Source: Lingula anatina
Taxonomy: Eukaryota > Animalia > Brachiopoda
DNA length: 64,000 nucleotides
Direction of reading: 5' to 3'
Assembly (NCBI GenBank): GCA_051362555.1
Contig: CM120646.1
Coordinates: 1,488,001 to 1,552,000 of the forward strand
Position numbers and translations under genes: made by a program. Below the pieces are notes generated by a model. That model worked only from the letters and a program-made list of their open reading frames with translations. It did not search any database and was not told the origin of the DNA. Positions 49,450-60,102 of this stretch are shown one piece after another. Every line of letters begins with the position of its first letter. Position 1 is the stretch's first letter.

Positions 49450-50310
49450 TGATGTCGGCTAGAAGTTGTTTATGCTTTATTAAATACCAACCCACGCATG
49501 CAGTATTATGTGGGAAAATATCCTGAAGCAGTAACTGAACATACATCCCGAGTGTCAAAATTTGGAGATTACGGAACATGCTTGCTTTCATGACGTCATA
49601 AATAGATGGTTACTCAACACTGTTCCTGGTTTTCTGGTTCCGTGACGTCATATCACTAAGTCTACGTCACGAGTGTTTTTGTCATGGTTTACAAGAATAC
49701 GGCATCATATGACACTCGCATAGTACAACAGAATTTTGTGTGGAAATGGCACTTACATGTAATTTTTCTGTGTGCAAAAAGATCCTCGTTGGTTTCTAGT
49801 GTCGCCGTTTAAATTATGAGTGACGCCGCTTTAATTCTGAGAGCAGTTAGAACTAATATTACGCACTTATCAAATACGTGGCCTCCACGTAGTATTTTAA
49901 AACATGTCCAAGTGGTTCAGTGTCTTCTAAATATTCCACACACAAGATAGGCTTCCATGCATTATACTAAACATTGTATGCTTTATGTTAGGTATCTATC
50001 CAGTGAGACAGATTTTGAAGTTTTTGTTCGGTATATTTTTCCGTAAATCGGTCGGTAGTTCGTATGAGTGGTGGGCTGTATATACACAGCATGTAAACTG
50101 TAAGTCTATTTTAATCTTAAAATTCTATAGTTGTTTTTCGTTCCTTTGGACTGACATCATAAGTTAACAAAAAATACACACTAATCTTGTCTGTTACAAA
50201 CATCTATTTCATTTGTAGCATTTTTTAAGTCTTGAAATCAATTTATGCCGACCGCCTGTAGAATTTGGATCACCGACAGCAATTACAGCAAACATTTCTA
50301 TGAATTTGAA

Positions 50311-50316
50311 AATAAA
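50311..50316 (+). terminator. Probable polyadenylation signal of SLC6 copy B
   Basis: AATAAA at the end of the 3' UTR homology with copy A. Confidence 0.55.
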
Positions 50317-50572
50317 TAATTAGTTATATTGATATGGGGTATTTGCATTTTTGTAACTGTTAAGAAACTATGGGTGCAGTCTTTTAAGATATTCTACCCT
50401 GGTCGAATGCCTAGAGCAGTACTTCATCAACAATCGTGTTATGTTTGAATGGTTTTGCATCAGAAATGCGTTTGTTGAGATGCAATAAGTGTATGCGCAA
50501 CTAACACAATCAAAGTCGCAGGCAGCAAGTATTGCTAGTGTTTTTTCTTTTCAAGACAACTACTGCTTGGTT

Positions 50573-50704
50573 CCGGTGTGACAGGAATGGTAGTCCCAGG
50601 AATGGAAATCCGAGGTCCTATATATGATTAGTATTTGTTAGGGTTAGTTGGAGTATTGGTCGTTTGCATATGGGAAGATTGTCGCCTGTTGGCTACAAAT
50701 CAAT

Positions 50705-50740
<36 letters not shown>

Positions 50741-50780
50741 GATTACGGTGCCTAGCAGACAACCATTCCTGCCATACCGG
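50573..50780. mobile_element. CCGGTGT-ended MITE (family 4b) with expanded poly-G
   Basis: CCGGTGTGACAGGAATGGT...ACCATTCCTGCCATACCGG; G-run 50705-50739. Confidence 0.75.
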
Positions 50781-51387
50781 TCTTCTGACAACAAGCCTAT
50801 GACAATCATTTGGTTGCATTCTCGTCATACAGACCTTTAGGTCATAATAAAGACAAACGCGGTTTTGTTTTGGATTCTAATGCAGACCACAAAGAAAGAA
50901 CAAAAGTGGCCCACTTCTGTTATAATCACCACCGAAAGAATCATTACAGCTTGAATGACTGCTCAATCATTACAACAGATAACCCTGGAACTCTTCAGAC
51001 CTTTCAACTATCAAATCACGAAAAGGCATTTCTTTCCTTCTCTTCCCCAAGGGCATTAAACTCGTTTAGCATTTCAAAATAACAAATGATTGTGCAAATT
51101 CACAGTTCCCCTGTGCGGAAAATTAGTGATATAGATTTTTGCTCGGAAACCGGAGTCCAATTACAACTTCATTTGCGCCATGACGTGTTTGAATTAATGA
51201 AGACATGAAATGTTCTGTCTGTCACCGGAAACTTTACCTGATTAGCGAGTTTTTAGATATGACCAAAAAGGTTAGAAGGACTTTGATAATTTACATAGAG
51301 CTATTCCAAAAACAACAAAAAAGGTTTTGTTTCTTCATACTCCACATAAAATAAGACAAGTAATCGCATTTAGTGAAAGTGATTTTT

Positions 51388-51561
51388 CTGTGACAGGAAT
51401 GGTAGTTCTAAGAATGGATCAAGAAGTCCAGGCTCCTATATGAGTACAGGTTAGGGTCAGTCGGAGTATTAGGGTCAGCATATGAGACGAATGTTACCAA
51501 CACAAAGTAATGGGGAACGGAGTACCGTTCCTAGCGTACTATAATCTCTACATCACACCTG
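51388..51561. mobile_element. CCGGTGT-ended MITE (family 4b), decayed
   Basis: tgtgacaggaatggtagt...ggttagggtcag...catcacacctg; homologous to 50573-50780. Confidence 0.65.
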
Positions 51562-51815
51562 AAAACGCGTTATCTTACGACCAGCTCTCTGAGCTTACGT
51601 CACAAAAGTCGTCAAAATCATAAATACGACCCAAGCCACAAACGGACTACCCGAATGAAGGGAACAGCAACTAAAATTTCAACTGTTTCAATGGAAATGA
51701 TTACATTAATTCCTTTGCTTTAAAATCAATGGGTCTGTAGAACGCTGGTGCAGGCCGCTCTATCGCTCTAGCGTCACTCCTCCGTTCAACAGTTAGAAGG
51801 TAAAGCCGTGGTCCG

Positions 51816-51981
51816 CGGTGTAACGAAACTGAGGGTCCGCGTGACACAAAGTATGCCTTCCATTTAGTTGAAATGGTTAGGGTTAGCCTGACCTAAGTGG
51901 GTCAATCTCTAGGGCGAGGCTTACCTGTACAAATGAAAAGGAAGGGACTATTATGATTGACTCTCTGTCACGTTACACCGG
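51816..51981. mobile_element. CCGGTGT-ended MITE (family 4a)
   Basis: CGGTGTAACGAAACTGAGGGTCCG...CTCTCTGTCACGTTACACCGG, shared with 37439-37605. Confidence 0.75.
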
Positions 51982-52885
51982 TGCTCCCTATGGTCGCACA
52001 ATTATAACACAATCAATACAAGGAATTGTATTAAAATTAACGTTTTATTCAATCAACTATTCACTTTAGCACAAAGATATCGGGCCATAACTTTATATAA
52101 CAGGGATTACTGCGAAAGGAAAATTTGTTTATACATTGGTCCTTAGAGCATACCACGTAACTAATAGTTGAAAAAGTAATTAATTCGATAATAACTAGTG
52201 TAAACAAAACTGCAAGATGTTCTCCCTTTTCTCCTCCAGATCTTTGAGACGAAGTGCTTCGATGCTATACTGATTATCAATTAATATTGAGCGCAACATG
52301 CAACCTTTATGTTCAAGTATAAGTGGATTTTGAAGTAACGCATTTGCCGCCACCATTCTGATTTTGTCTTTAAAAAGCGACACGCGATCTACCGCTTGTT
52401 ATAAATTAATTAACATTGCATTGTGATAACTGAACTGTTTCTAAGCCTTCTAAACAGACAAACAAACGCTAACATATATCCCAACCTACAGGCACGATGG
52501 TTGAAAGCAAAATACATGTACAACAGAGAACAAGGCATAAATAAATCTGCTATCAAAATTAAAAATCCCATTGATCTGATAGATACATGTGTATATGCCA
52601 TACAAAAATGTTTGAAATATATCTCAACTATCTGAAAAACCAACTCTGTTAGGTATTAATGTATAAGGTATTAATGTATTAATGTATGTACGTGTAGATG
52701 GTATGATACTTTAGGACATCCCTGTGCAAACGTCAATATTATTTCCGTGTTTTGAGATAACAATGTCTACGGTCTAATTTTTATATTGCTTCTACCACTA
52801 CATATAACAAACTTACATACAAATCATAACAAATCTTGGAAAGACATAAATACATACTTGTACAGAAAAGCAGTGCAAGCTATAT

Positions 52886-53572
52886 ATTGCAACTCACCAA
52901 TCATATGGGTCAATTTGCTTAATTGGAGATTTCAATGCAAGAACGGGGACACTACCTGATTTCATCAAAGATGATACCATGTTTGGAATTCAAATGACTG
53001 ATAGTTATCCTACAAACAGATTTTCACAAAAGAGAAATAACGTTGATACAATAGTTAACTCGCAAGGAAAGGCCTTACTTGAATTATGTAGAAGTAGTAA
53101 CTTAAGGATACTCAATGGTAGAACTAAAGGCAACACTCTCGGATATCCAACTTGTTATAATATACATGGGTGCAGTACAGTTGATTATGCAATCACAAAC
53201 GACGGACTGATTAGCAAAATTATGTATCTTACAGTATTACCTATTGACTATTTATCAGATCACTGTCTGCTAGACCTTGCAATCCACACCACCGGTATGA
53301 AAGAATCATCTCCAAACCAATCATTACAAAATTTCAAAGATCGTTACATCTGGGAAACAGATTCAACTGAGAAATTTTTAAAAGCTCTTGAAAGTGAGGA
53401 CAGCTTAAAACAAATCAGTCTAGCACAAAACAAATACTTCCCCTCATCTAAAGAAGGATTAAAAAGTGCCTGTGATGAATTAACAAATATAATTGAAAAT
53501 GCTGCAAACTTGTCTTTGCGTAAAAAAGTCAATAACATAAGCATGAGATCAAATAAACAAACAAAAAGAATA
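52886..53572 (+). CDS. LINE ORF2, C-terminal half of the apurinic-like endonuclease (upstream of the insertion)
   Basis: Open frame IATHQSYGSICLIGDFNARTG...LNGRT...STVDY...LSDHC...KQTKRI; same frame as ORF 52979-53671. Confidence 0.8.
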
Positions 53573-54457
53573 ACAAGGCAGCAAAGCTGTCAAATGTACA
53601 GACAAAAAACAGGAAATAACTATGCACATAATAGGCTACTGTCAATTCTGATGCAAAATTTTAATGATTGAATCTGACAAACTGCAATGATATGAGTTTA
53701 TTTCCATTTTTGACACTTGATTACACAATACATGATAACAAGTTTACCATCATTTTTACATAATCAACTAACAATGTTGTAAAGATGCAGGAAATGTCAA
53801 ACAAACACTTTTACGTATCTTATTACTTAAATAATAAGGCTTTTAACATGCCTAAGAATTAAATCTGAGGAAATCTGAGGAAATGTGAAAAAACAGCATA
53901 ACTTCTAAAATAATGCCCCGATTATGCTGATTTTCGAACTCAACTTGCGTTTTAGTAAGACTGACCATTCCTGTGAGTTTAATGACAATTGGGCTTTCTG
54001 TTTTTCTTATATTGTGTTTACAGTGTTGCATATATGCTGAACAATGAAAAAAACGCATAACTACTAAAATAGTGGCCCGATCATGCTGATTTTCGAACTT
54101 GACCTGCGTTTTAGTAAGATTGATTACTCCTGTGAGTTTCGTGACAACAAGCCTAACGGTTTTCCTTGAAATGTGTTTACAAGGTTGCATATATGCTGAA
54201 AAGTGAAAAAACAGCATAACTTCTACAATAATGGCCCGATCATGCTGATTTTCGAACTTGACCTGCGTCTTATGAATATTCATCAGCTCTGTAAATATAA
54301 AGCCAAAAAGTGAAACTGCCTTCCACTTATCGTGTTTACAAGGAAAGTGCACGGCGCCGGCGACGGCATCGGCATCGGCATCGGCATCGCCATCGGCATC
54401 GGCGACGACAGACGCAGGTGATGGCAATATGTACAGACACATCTGTGTCTGTACATA
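53573..54457 (-). mobile_element. Non-autonomous Helentron-associated element (HINE/DINE-1/Pearl-like), 885 bp, nested in the LINE
   Basis: 5' subterminal palindrome TATGTACAGACAC-atct-GTGTCTGTACATA (54428-54457), (GATGCC)n microsatellite (~54365-54403), tandem array, second subTIR ATGTACAGACA (53594-53604), short 3' stem-loop (53577-53591). Inserted in a T/A run with no TSD. Confidence 0.85.
53881..54345. repeat. 159-bp tandem array (~3 copies) inside the HINE
   Basis: gctgattttcgaact recurs at 53926, 54085 and 54244. Confidence 0.9.
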
Positions 54458-56809
54458 AAAAAACAACCATGGTTTGACAGCATGTGTTCTGAAGTCAGAA
54501 GAAATATAAAACACCTTGGTAAACTACTACAAAAAAATCCACACAATAACTACATCTCGCAAACCTACCACCTAGCTACAAAGAAATATAAACAACTAGT
54601 AAAGCAAAGAAAGAATGAGTACAAAAATGCCATCCTAGACAGACTACTAGTATCTGAAAAAAACAATCCTAAAGAGTTCTGGCAGACACTTAAAAAACTA
54701 AAGGATAGAGAAGAAAATAACAACATAATTAGTCCTGAGACTTGGCAACTACACTTCCAACAACTTTGTGGAACCCCCCCTACTGATGATCACCGAATAG
54801 ATAAGGAAATAAGTGAATATGAGAAAAAAGAAGGAGACCCTGTCCTTAATAACCCCATAAGCATTAGAGAGGTAAAAACAGCTATAAAAAAATTGAAAAA
54901 TGGAAAAGCGGCTGGTGAGGACTCTATCAGAAATGAAATGTTGAAAAGTGGTTCAATATATTTAGTGGGACTAATAACAAAAATATTCAATTTAGCAATG
55001 AACACATCTGAAACTCCTGATGTGTGGAATCTGGGTATAATACTGCCGCTATATAAATCTGGAGAACGAACCGACCCATCAAATTACAGAGGTCTTTGCA
55101 TCACCAGCTGTCTTGGAAAGCTTTTTAACTGCATATTGACTAACAGACTCACACTATTTTTAGAGTCCAATCAGAAATTAAGCGAGGAACAAGCAGGGTT
55201 TAGACCTGGTTACCGCACGACTGACCATATATTTACCTTAAAGTCAATTATAAACAAACATATGAATCAAAACAATCGTGTATTTGCCTGTTTCGTCGAC
55301 CTGCGAAAAGCTTTTGACACAGTCTGGCATAAGGGTCTTATGCTGAAATTACTGAAAGTAGGTGTCAGAGGCAAAATTTACGAGTTGATAAAGTATATGT
55401 ACAGCAACACAAGACTAGGCGTGTCAGTTAATTGTGGCTACACCCAAACATTCATATCTAAAATAGGTATAAGACAAGGTGATAACCTTAGCCCAGTCCT
55501 ATTCAACATCTTCATTGATGACTTAAAAAGTGAACTCTACACAAACAATAGTGCAAAGGAAGTTGAAGGGTTAAAACACATTTTATATGCAGATGACCTA
55601 GTCTTGCTATCACAGTCGAAAGAAGGACTTCAAACTCTTCTTAACAACCTTGAAAATTACTGTAAGCAGTGGAAACTAAAAGTTAATGAAAACAAATCAA
55701 AAATAATAGTGTTCAACAAGTCTGGTAGAATTGAACCACACACCTTCTTTATAAATAGCAGACCAATAGAAATAGTCAAACAATACTCATACCTCGGGAT
55801 AGTCTTTACTAACACAGGATCATTAAAACATTCAATTGAAAATCTCAAGCAAAAAGCCCTGAAAGCCATGTTTACTCTAAAGGGAATACTAGCATCGCAA
55901 GAAATTTCATCACCCATGCTTATCATGAATCTTTTCGACAAGATGATTAAACCCATTCTCTTATATGGATGTGAAATCTGGGCCCAAGAAATCTTCACAG
56001 AGAAAAAAATATCATTAAATAAAATAAACAAAATGCCCTTTGAACAAATACATTTAAAGATGTGTAAATGGGCACTTGGTGTGAGAAGGTCAGCTAGCAA
56101 TAATGCCTGCCGTGCAGAACTTGGGCGCCTCCCATTATACTTGGACATTGTCAAATTAGTATCAAGATACAGTCAAAGGCTGAATAACCTTCCAGAGCAA
56201 AGAATTGTCAAGCAAGCATACAATAGAGAACAAGCAAAAAGGGAAAAAAACTGGTTTTGGGCAATTTCAAACTTGGCTACTTTTTGGGGATTAAATCACT
56301 CAAATTCAACCCTAACTGTCAATAAAATTCACAATAACCAAAATCTAGAAAGTTACATAACCCTCAAAATAAAATCAGATTTTTGGGAAGAGTTACACAG
56401 AGAGGAAAATAATAAGCTGAGGACATACAGGAAAATTAAACATCAATATGAACCCGAACCATACTTAAAAATGAATATTTCACGCACCCACAAAAAACTT
56501 TTGGCAAAAATGCGAATTAGTGACCATGACCTGGAAATTGAAAAAGGGCGGCATACAAACCCAAAAACACAACTTTCAGACCGAAAATGCCCCCATTGTA
56601 ATGAGATAGAAGATGAAATACATTTTTTCCTAAAATGCGCCCATCACAAAATTGAAAGGAAATTGCTGTTTGAATGCATACCAGAGGTAAACTTGCAAGG
56701 TCTAACAGACGAGGTCAAACAGCTTGACATCATTCTAAACCCACCCACTGAACAGAGTGCAATTGCAGTAGGGAATTTTGTAAGTAAAATTATGAAAAAA
56801 CGTAATTAA
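54458..56809 (+). CDS. LINE ORF2 reverse transcriptase plus C-terminal Cys/His domain
   Basis: Uninterrupted 775-aa ORF 54482-56809, preceded in frame by KKQPWFDS; canonical non-LTR RT motifs. Confidence 0.92.
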   Translation, partial: KKQPWFDSMCSEVRRNIKHLGKLLQKNPHNNYISQTYHLATKKYKQLVKQRKNEYKNAILDRLLVSEKNNPKEFWQTLKKLKDREENNNIISPETWQLHFQQLCGTPPTDDHRIDKEISEYEKKEGDPVLNNPISIREVKTAIKKLKNGKAAGEDSIRNEMLKSGSIYLVGLITKIFNLAMNTSETPDVWNLGIILPLYKSGERTDPSNYRGLCITSCLGKLFNCILTNRLTLFLESNQKLSEEQAGFRPGYRTTDHIFTLKSIINKHMNQNNRVFACFVDLRKAFDTVWHKGLMLKLLKVGVRGKIYELIKYMYSNTRLGVSVNCGYTQTFISKIGIRQGDNLSPVLFNIFIDDLKSELYTNNSAKEVEGLKHILYADDLVLLSQSKEGLQTLLNNLENYCKQWKLKVNENKSKIIVFNKSGRIEPHTFFINSRPIEIVKQYSYLGIVFTNTGSLKHSIENLKQKALKAMFTLKGILASQEISSPMLIMNLFDKMIKPILLYGCEIWAQEIFTEKKISLNKINKMPFEQIHLKMCKWALGVRRSASNNACRAELGRLPLYLDIVKLVSRYSQRLNNLPEQRIVKQAYNREQAKREKNWFWAISNLATFWGLNHSNSTLTVNKIHNNQNLESYITLKIKSDFWEELHREENNKLRTYRKIKHQYEPEPYLKMNISRTHKKLLAKMRISDHDLEIEKGRHTNPKTQLSDRKCPHCNEIEDEIHFFLKCAHHKIERKLLFECIPEVNLQGLTDEVKQLDIILNPPTEQSAIAVGNFVSKIMKKRN

Positions 56810-57084
56810 CTAGAAGTGCACAAATGATTTCATGCATCACACCTGGATATTAAGAGAATGTATATTGTGTAACATTATATAAGTATAATTTTTTTTCTTT
56901 CATTTACTTACTATCCTTACTATCTTTCCATATGTATAATGTATAGTAGCTAGAGAGCCTCTAAATGTAAAAACATTTCAGTGCTCAATAAATTATTATT
57001 ATTATTATTATATTACATTTTGGTTTTACATCCGAACTTGCGCTGTTGCCAATACATAGAGATTTTCAAAATAATCATTCAGGC

Positions 57085-57116
<32 letters not shown>

Positions 57117-57397
57117 GAATTAAAAAAAAAAGATTACAGCCACTAGATGAGAAATAGTCCCAGCATATAACAATGGCTATTACATTAAGTATTTACTCTT
57201 TCTCTGTGTGTCATAATATACTGCTAACAGTAACAGCAAAATCTATGCATATGTACAATGTTCTTCACTGTAAAAATAAGATTCCTTTCTTTATAAAAAT
57301 CACAGATAAGCAGCACATCTTTCTCCTCAGGCACATCATTACAGTTTAGTGTTTTAACCCTTTTTAATTGTCTCCCATTACCATTGGTGAGGACCTA

Positions 57398-57546
57398 TAG
57401 GCCTTTTGCAGCTAGATATAACCCTGTTGATTTCCTTTGCTTACTGAAGAGCTTGTTCTTCAGCACTTTTTTTTTATCTACTAGACAGCAAGTTCTTCAG
57501 TAAACAAAAGACATCAGCAGGGCAGCATATAACTGCAAAAGGCCTA
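57398..57546. mobile_element. Foldback MITE with ~58-bp arms
   Basis: TAGGCCTTTTGCAG...TTACTGAAGAGCTTG / CAAGTTCTTCAGTAA...CTGCAAAAGGCCTA. Confidence 0.75.
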
Positions 57547-58799
57547 CAGCCAATATAAGGTTTTGTTTTTGGTTAAATGGAGAAATTACCTCCAATAAAA
57601 CATGATTTTACAATCCTACCACCTAGCAAAATACAGGATTATAAAACCACATAACTGTTTTTTTTTACATATTGAGAATAAACCTCTCTTCAAAATGATC
57701 AGGAATATGACTACGCAATATAAGGTAACTGTTGTGCAAATATAAATGTATATAAATTTTATCTCACAACTGCCTTGATCAAGAAGACAAATTGCTGAAG
57801 ACTGTTGCTGAGCAAAAGAGGTTTTGAGTGTTTTGCACCCATTAAGGTATTTCTCAAAAGTAATATGAATGGTTTTGGTAAACTTCAATATAAAAAATCA
57901 TATGAGTGTTTACAACTGGCATGTTTTTTACACACTATGATTGTTGCTATCGTTCCTAAGAAGCATAAGGCACAGCCAATTTCAACATACAACCCTAACA
58001 CACTACCCTGTACTCCAGTACAAAAATTGTATACTAGTACTAATCCATTCTAGATCATCAGGTCACAGGGGTATGTAGGAAAACAAGATTATCTACCTAC
58101 AGCTGGAACAACCCACTGGGTTTACCAAACAATGTCACCCAGTGGCACATCTCAGACAAATCTAACATACTTTCTTACATACAATATATCACACCTTAAA
58201 TGATTATGGGTGTAACGCAATCACAGAGAACTTGCCATCTCACCTAACACAACTGCATGCCCAATTAAGTCACATGCAACGCAACGTCATATCTAGCACA
58301 AGTGCATGCATAACATGATCACAGACATTCATTTCACTCTCATACCTGAAAAAGAAAAAAAAAAACTGCCTCCTCTTTCACTATATCATCCTCAAAGATA
58401 TATTTATGGCTACATGTAGAAAAAAAAGGCACATATCCAAAATTTCACTCCTTTCCCGAACACTTTGCCACAACACTCATCTAACACACTAGCTGCCATA
58501 CAGAAGTTACATGTACATAGTCCATGGCATATAAATATATAGCTATGCAGTATTAGCTTATTCTATGAAAATCACTACAGGGTGAAGGGGTGTACGGTAG
58601 CCCATGCGCTATTCACAGAAGAGCAAACCTCTACTGTTCAGTCTGTATTATATATATATAAGTTTCAAGCAGGGGTAGTCACTCTTATGCAGATCCTTTC
58701 ACTGATGTTTGGAAAATTCAGCAATACTGAAAGTTTTTCCTATTCTCACAATGTGCTAAGTCACTGACCCTTTCACTTTCTTAACTTAGCTGGACTGGA

Positions 58800-59801
58800 T
58801 CAGTGGCATTTATTACATGGTTTGTCATCTGACATCAACTTTAGCCTATCCTTTGTCAGGTATGTGGAAAACACAAATATTGTTATCAGATTCACCATGG
58901 TAACAACTCCCATGGTAACCACTGTGTATGACCATGGCAACAGGCGATCTTCCCTGACCAAGATGTCTTTTCTGTCCAGCATGTCATACAAGATGGCGGT
59001 CATCTGACTGCAGTTGCCGAGGACCCCAGCAATATGGAAGAGTTGATGGCTGTGACCGACGTAGTCAAATTTTCCTGGGAGAAGTCGTTCTGGCATGTGA
59101 GATGCATACAGCAAACCAGCGAGGAAGGCGAAGAAGAGCTGACGTGTGTGGTACATGTACGCCCTATCTACGAGCATTTCGTCACCAGCAAACAGCATCC
59201 TGTACACCAGAGGCACAACGTCAAAAGAGAAAGGAATCACAAATGCCCCCAAACGACACACTTTACGCAATTTTCCAGGAGCCATGAATCGTGACTGGCA
59301 TGATAACACAGTGCAGCCAACAGAGTTAAAAATGGCTGCCCTGACGTACCAATCTGAGTAAAATGTCATGTTACGCAGCACCTCGGGAAAACAATACGCC
59401 CGAAACGCAATGGCGGCTCCGAGGCTGTAATTACTCAAGGCTGCATAATCCAGGAAAAAGAATATATGGCGTGCTTTATTTGACATTGTGTTAAAAGTGT
59501 GTGCAATGGCGCTAGCCAAGAGATAACCCATACTAGAAAACGTGAACACGAGCAAAGGCCACGTGTACGGATCATTAACAAAGTCATGTTCTTGTGCCAA
59601 CTCCACGAACCACCAGGCAAAATATACCGCGGGCAGGAAGTGGGTCCATATGTTGAGCGTTTCGTTGGTTACGTCAAAGGCGCTGAGGATGCACTGTTTG
59701 GCGGAGCTCTTTGGGTGACGGTAGCCACTGAGGATGAAGAGTTCCCGAAACTGTCCCGGAACCTGGTCAACTCGGTACAGACGTCCACTGAGGCTGAACA
59801 T
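58800..59801 (-). CDS. PAQR5: PAQR-family membrane progestin receptor gamma-like protein, 333 aa, single coding exon
   Basis: MFSLSGRLYRVDQVP...ILSGYRHPKSSAKQCILS...TNETLNIWTH closely resembles the vertebrate PAQR5/6 N-terminus; SxxxH (SAIAH), DY and HxxxH (HQLFH) motifs; ~7 hydrophobic segments. Acceptor tttcag| at 59813, 12 nt before the ATG; an upstream in-frame exon is not excluded. Confidence 0.9.
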   Translation of the reverse strand: MFSLSGRLYRVDQVPGQFRELFILSGYRHPKSSAKQCILSAFDVTNETLNIWTHFLPAVYFAWWFVELAQEHDFVNDPYTWPLLVFTFSSMGYLLASAIAHTFNTMSNKARHIFFFLDYAALSNYSLGAAIAFRAYCFPEVLRNMTFYSDWYVRAAIFNSVGCTVLSCQSRFMAPGKLRKVCRLGAFVIPFSFDVVPLVYRMLFAGDEMLVDRAYMYHTRQLFFAFLAGLLYASHMPERLLPGKFDYVGHSHQLFHIAGVLGNCSQMTAILYDMLDRKDILVREDRLLPWSYTVVTMGVVTMVNLITIFVFSTYLTKDRLKLMSDDKPCNKCH

Positions 59802-59872
59802 ACTGGTAATACCCTGAAAATACATATAATAACAAAATTAATAATAGTAAAAATAATAATAATAATATTAAT

Positions 59873-60061
59873 CAGGCCCATAGCCAGCAATTTTAAAAGA
59901 GGGGGGGGGGGGGGGGCAGTCTTTTTCTGAAAAACCAGAGCTTTTAAAAACCATGAAAATTCGATGAAATCTTTGTGTACCTATTGAGTAGGTCATATTT
60001 CGTATCAAGAAAGGCAGATTGTTTGAACTCCACCCCCCTGGAGCTGCTGGCTATGGGCTTG
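59873..60061. mobile_element. MITE with CAGGCCCATAGCCAGCA TIRs (hAT-like termini)
   Basis: 16/17 inverted match at the ends; sits in a (TAA)n-rich intron. Confidence 0.7.
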
Positions 60062-60063
60062 AT

Positions 60064-60102
<39 letters not shown>

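Larger units (their letters stand above)
31670..50345 (+). repeat. Right arm of the inverted segmental duplication
   Basis: See left arm; homologous blocks occur in mirror order. Confidence 0.85.
52886..57010 (+). mobile_element. 5'-truncated non-LTR retrotransposon (APE-RT LINE, RTEX-like)
   Basis: APE motifs GDFNART (52925), VDY and SDH; RT with QAGFR, FVDLRKAFD, GIRQGDNLSP and YADD (55586-55597); C-terminal RISDHDLEIEKGR...CPHC..EDEIHFFLKC; AATAAA 56987-56992 plus (TTA)n tail; possible TATATT duplication (52883-52888 / 57009-57014). Confidence 0.93.

Noticed and set aside
9945-50345. Assembly artefact (duplicated haplotype) as the explanation of the two SLC6 copies
   Set aside because: Introns are largely unalignable, TE content is copy-specific, and one exon differs by 21%.
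52423-52635. ORF sharing YNREQ with the LINE protein
   Set aside because: Short chance match outside the LINE boundary, with no other similarity.
53852-54514. 220-aa ORF with DA repeats and 53-aa repeats
   Set aside because: By-product of the (GATGCC)n tract and the 159-bp (53-codon) tandem array in a non-autonomous element.
55657-56154. 165-aa antisense ORF in the LINE (likewise plus-strand ORFs over PAQR)
   Set aside because: Shadow frames of real coding sequence with no recognisable motifs.
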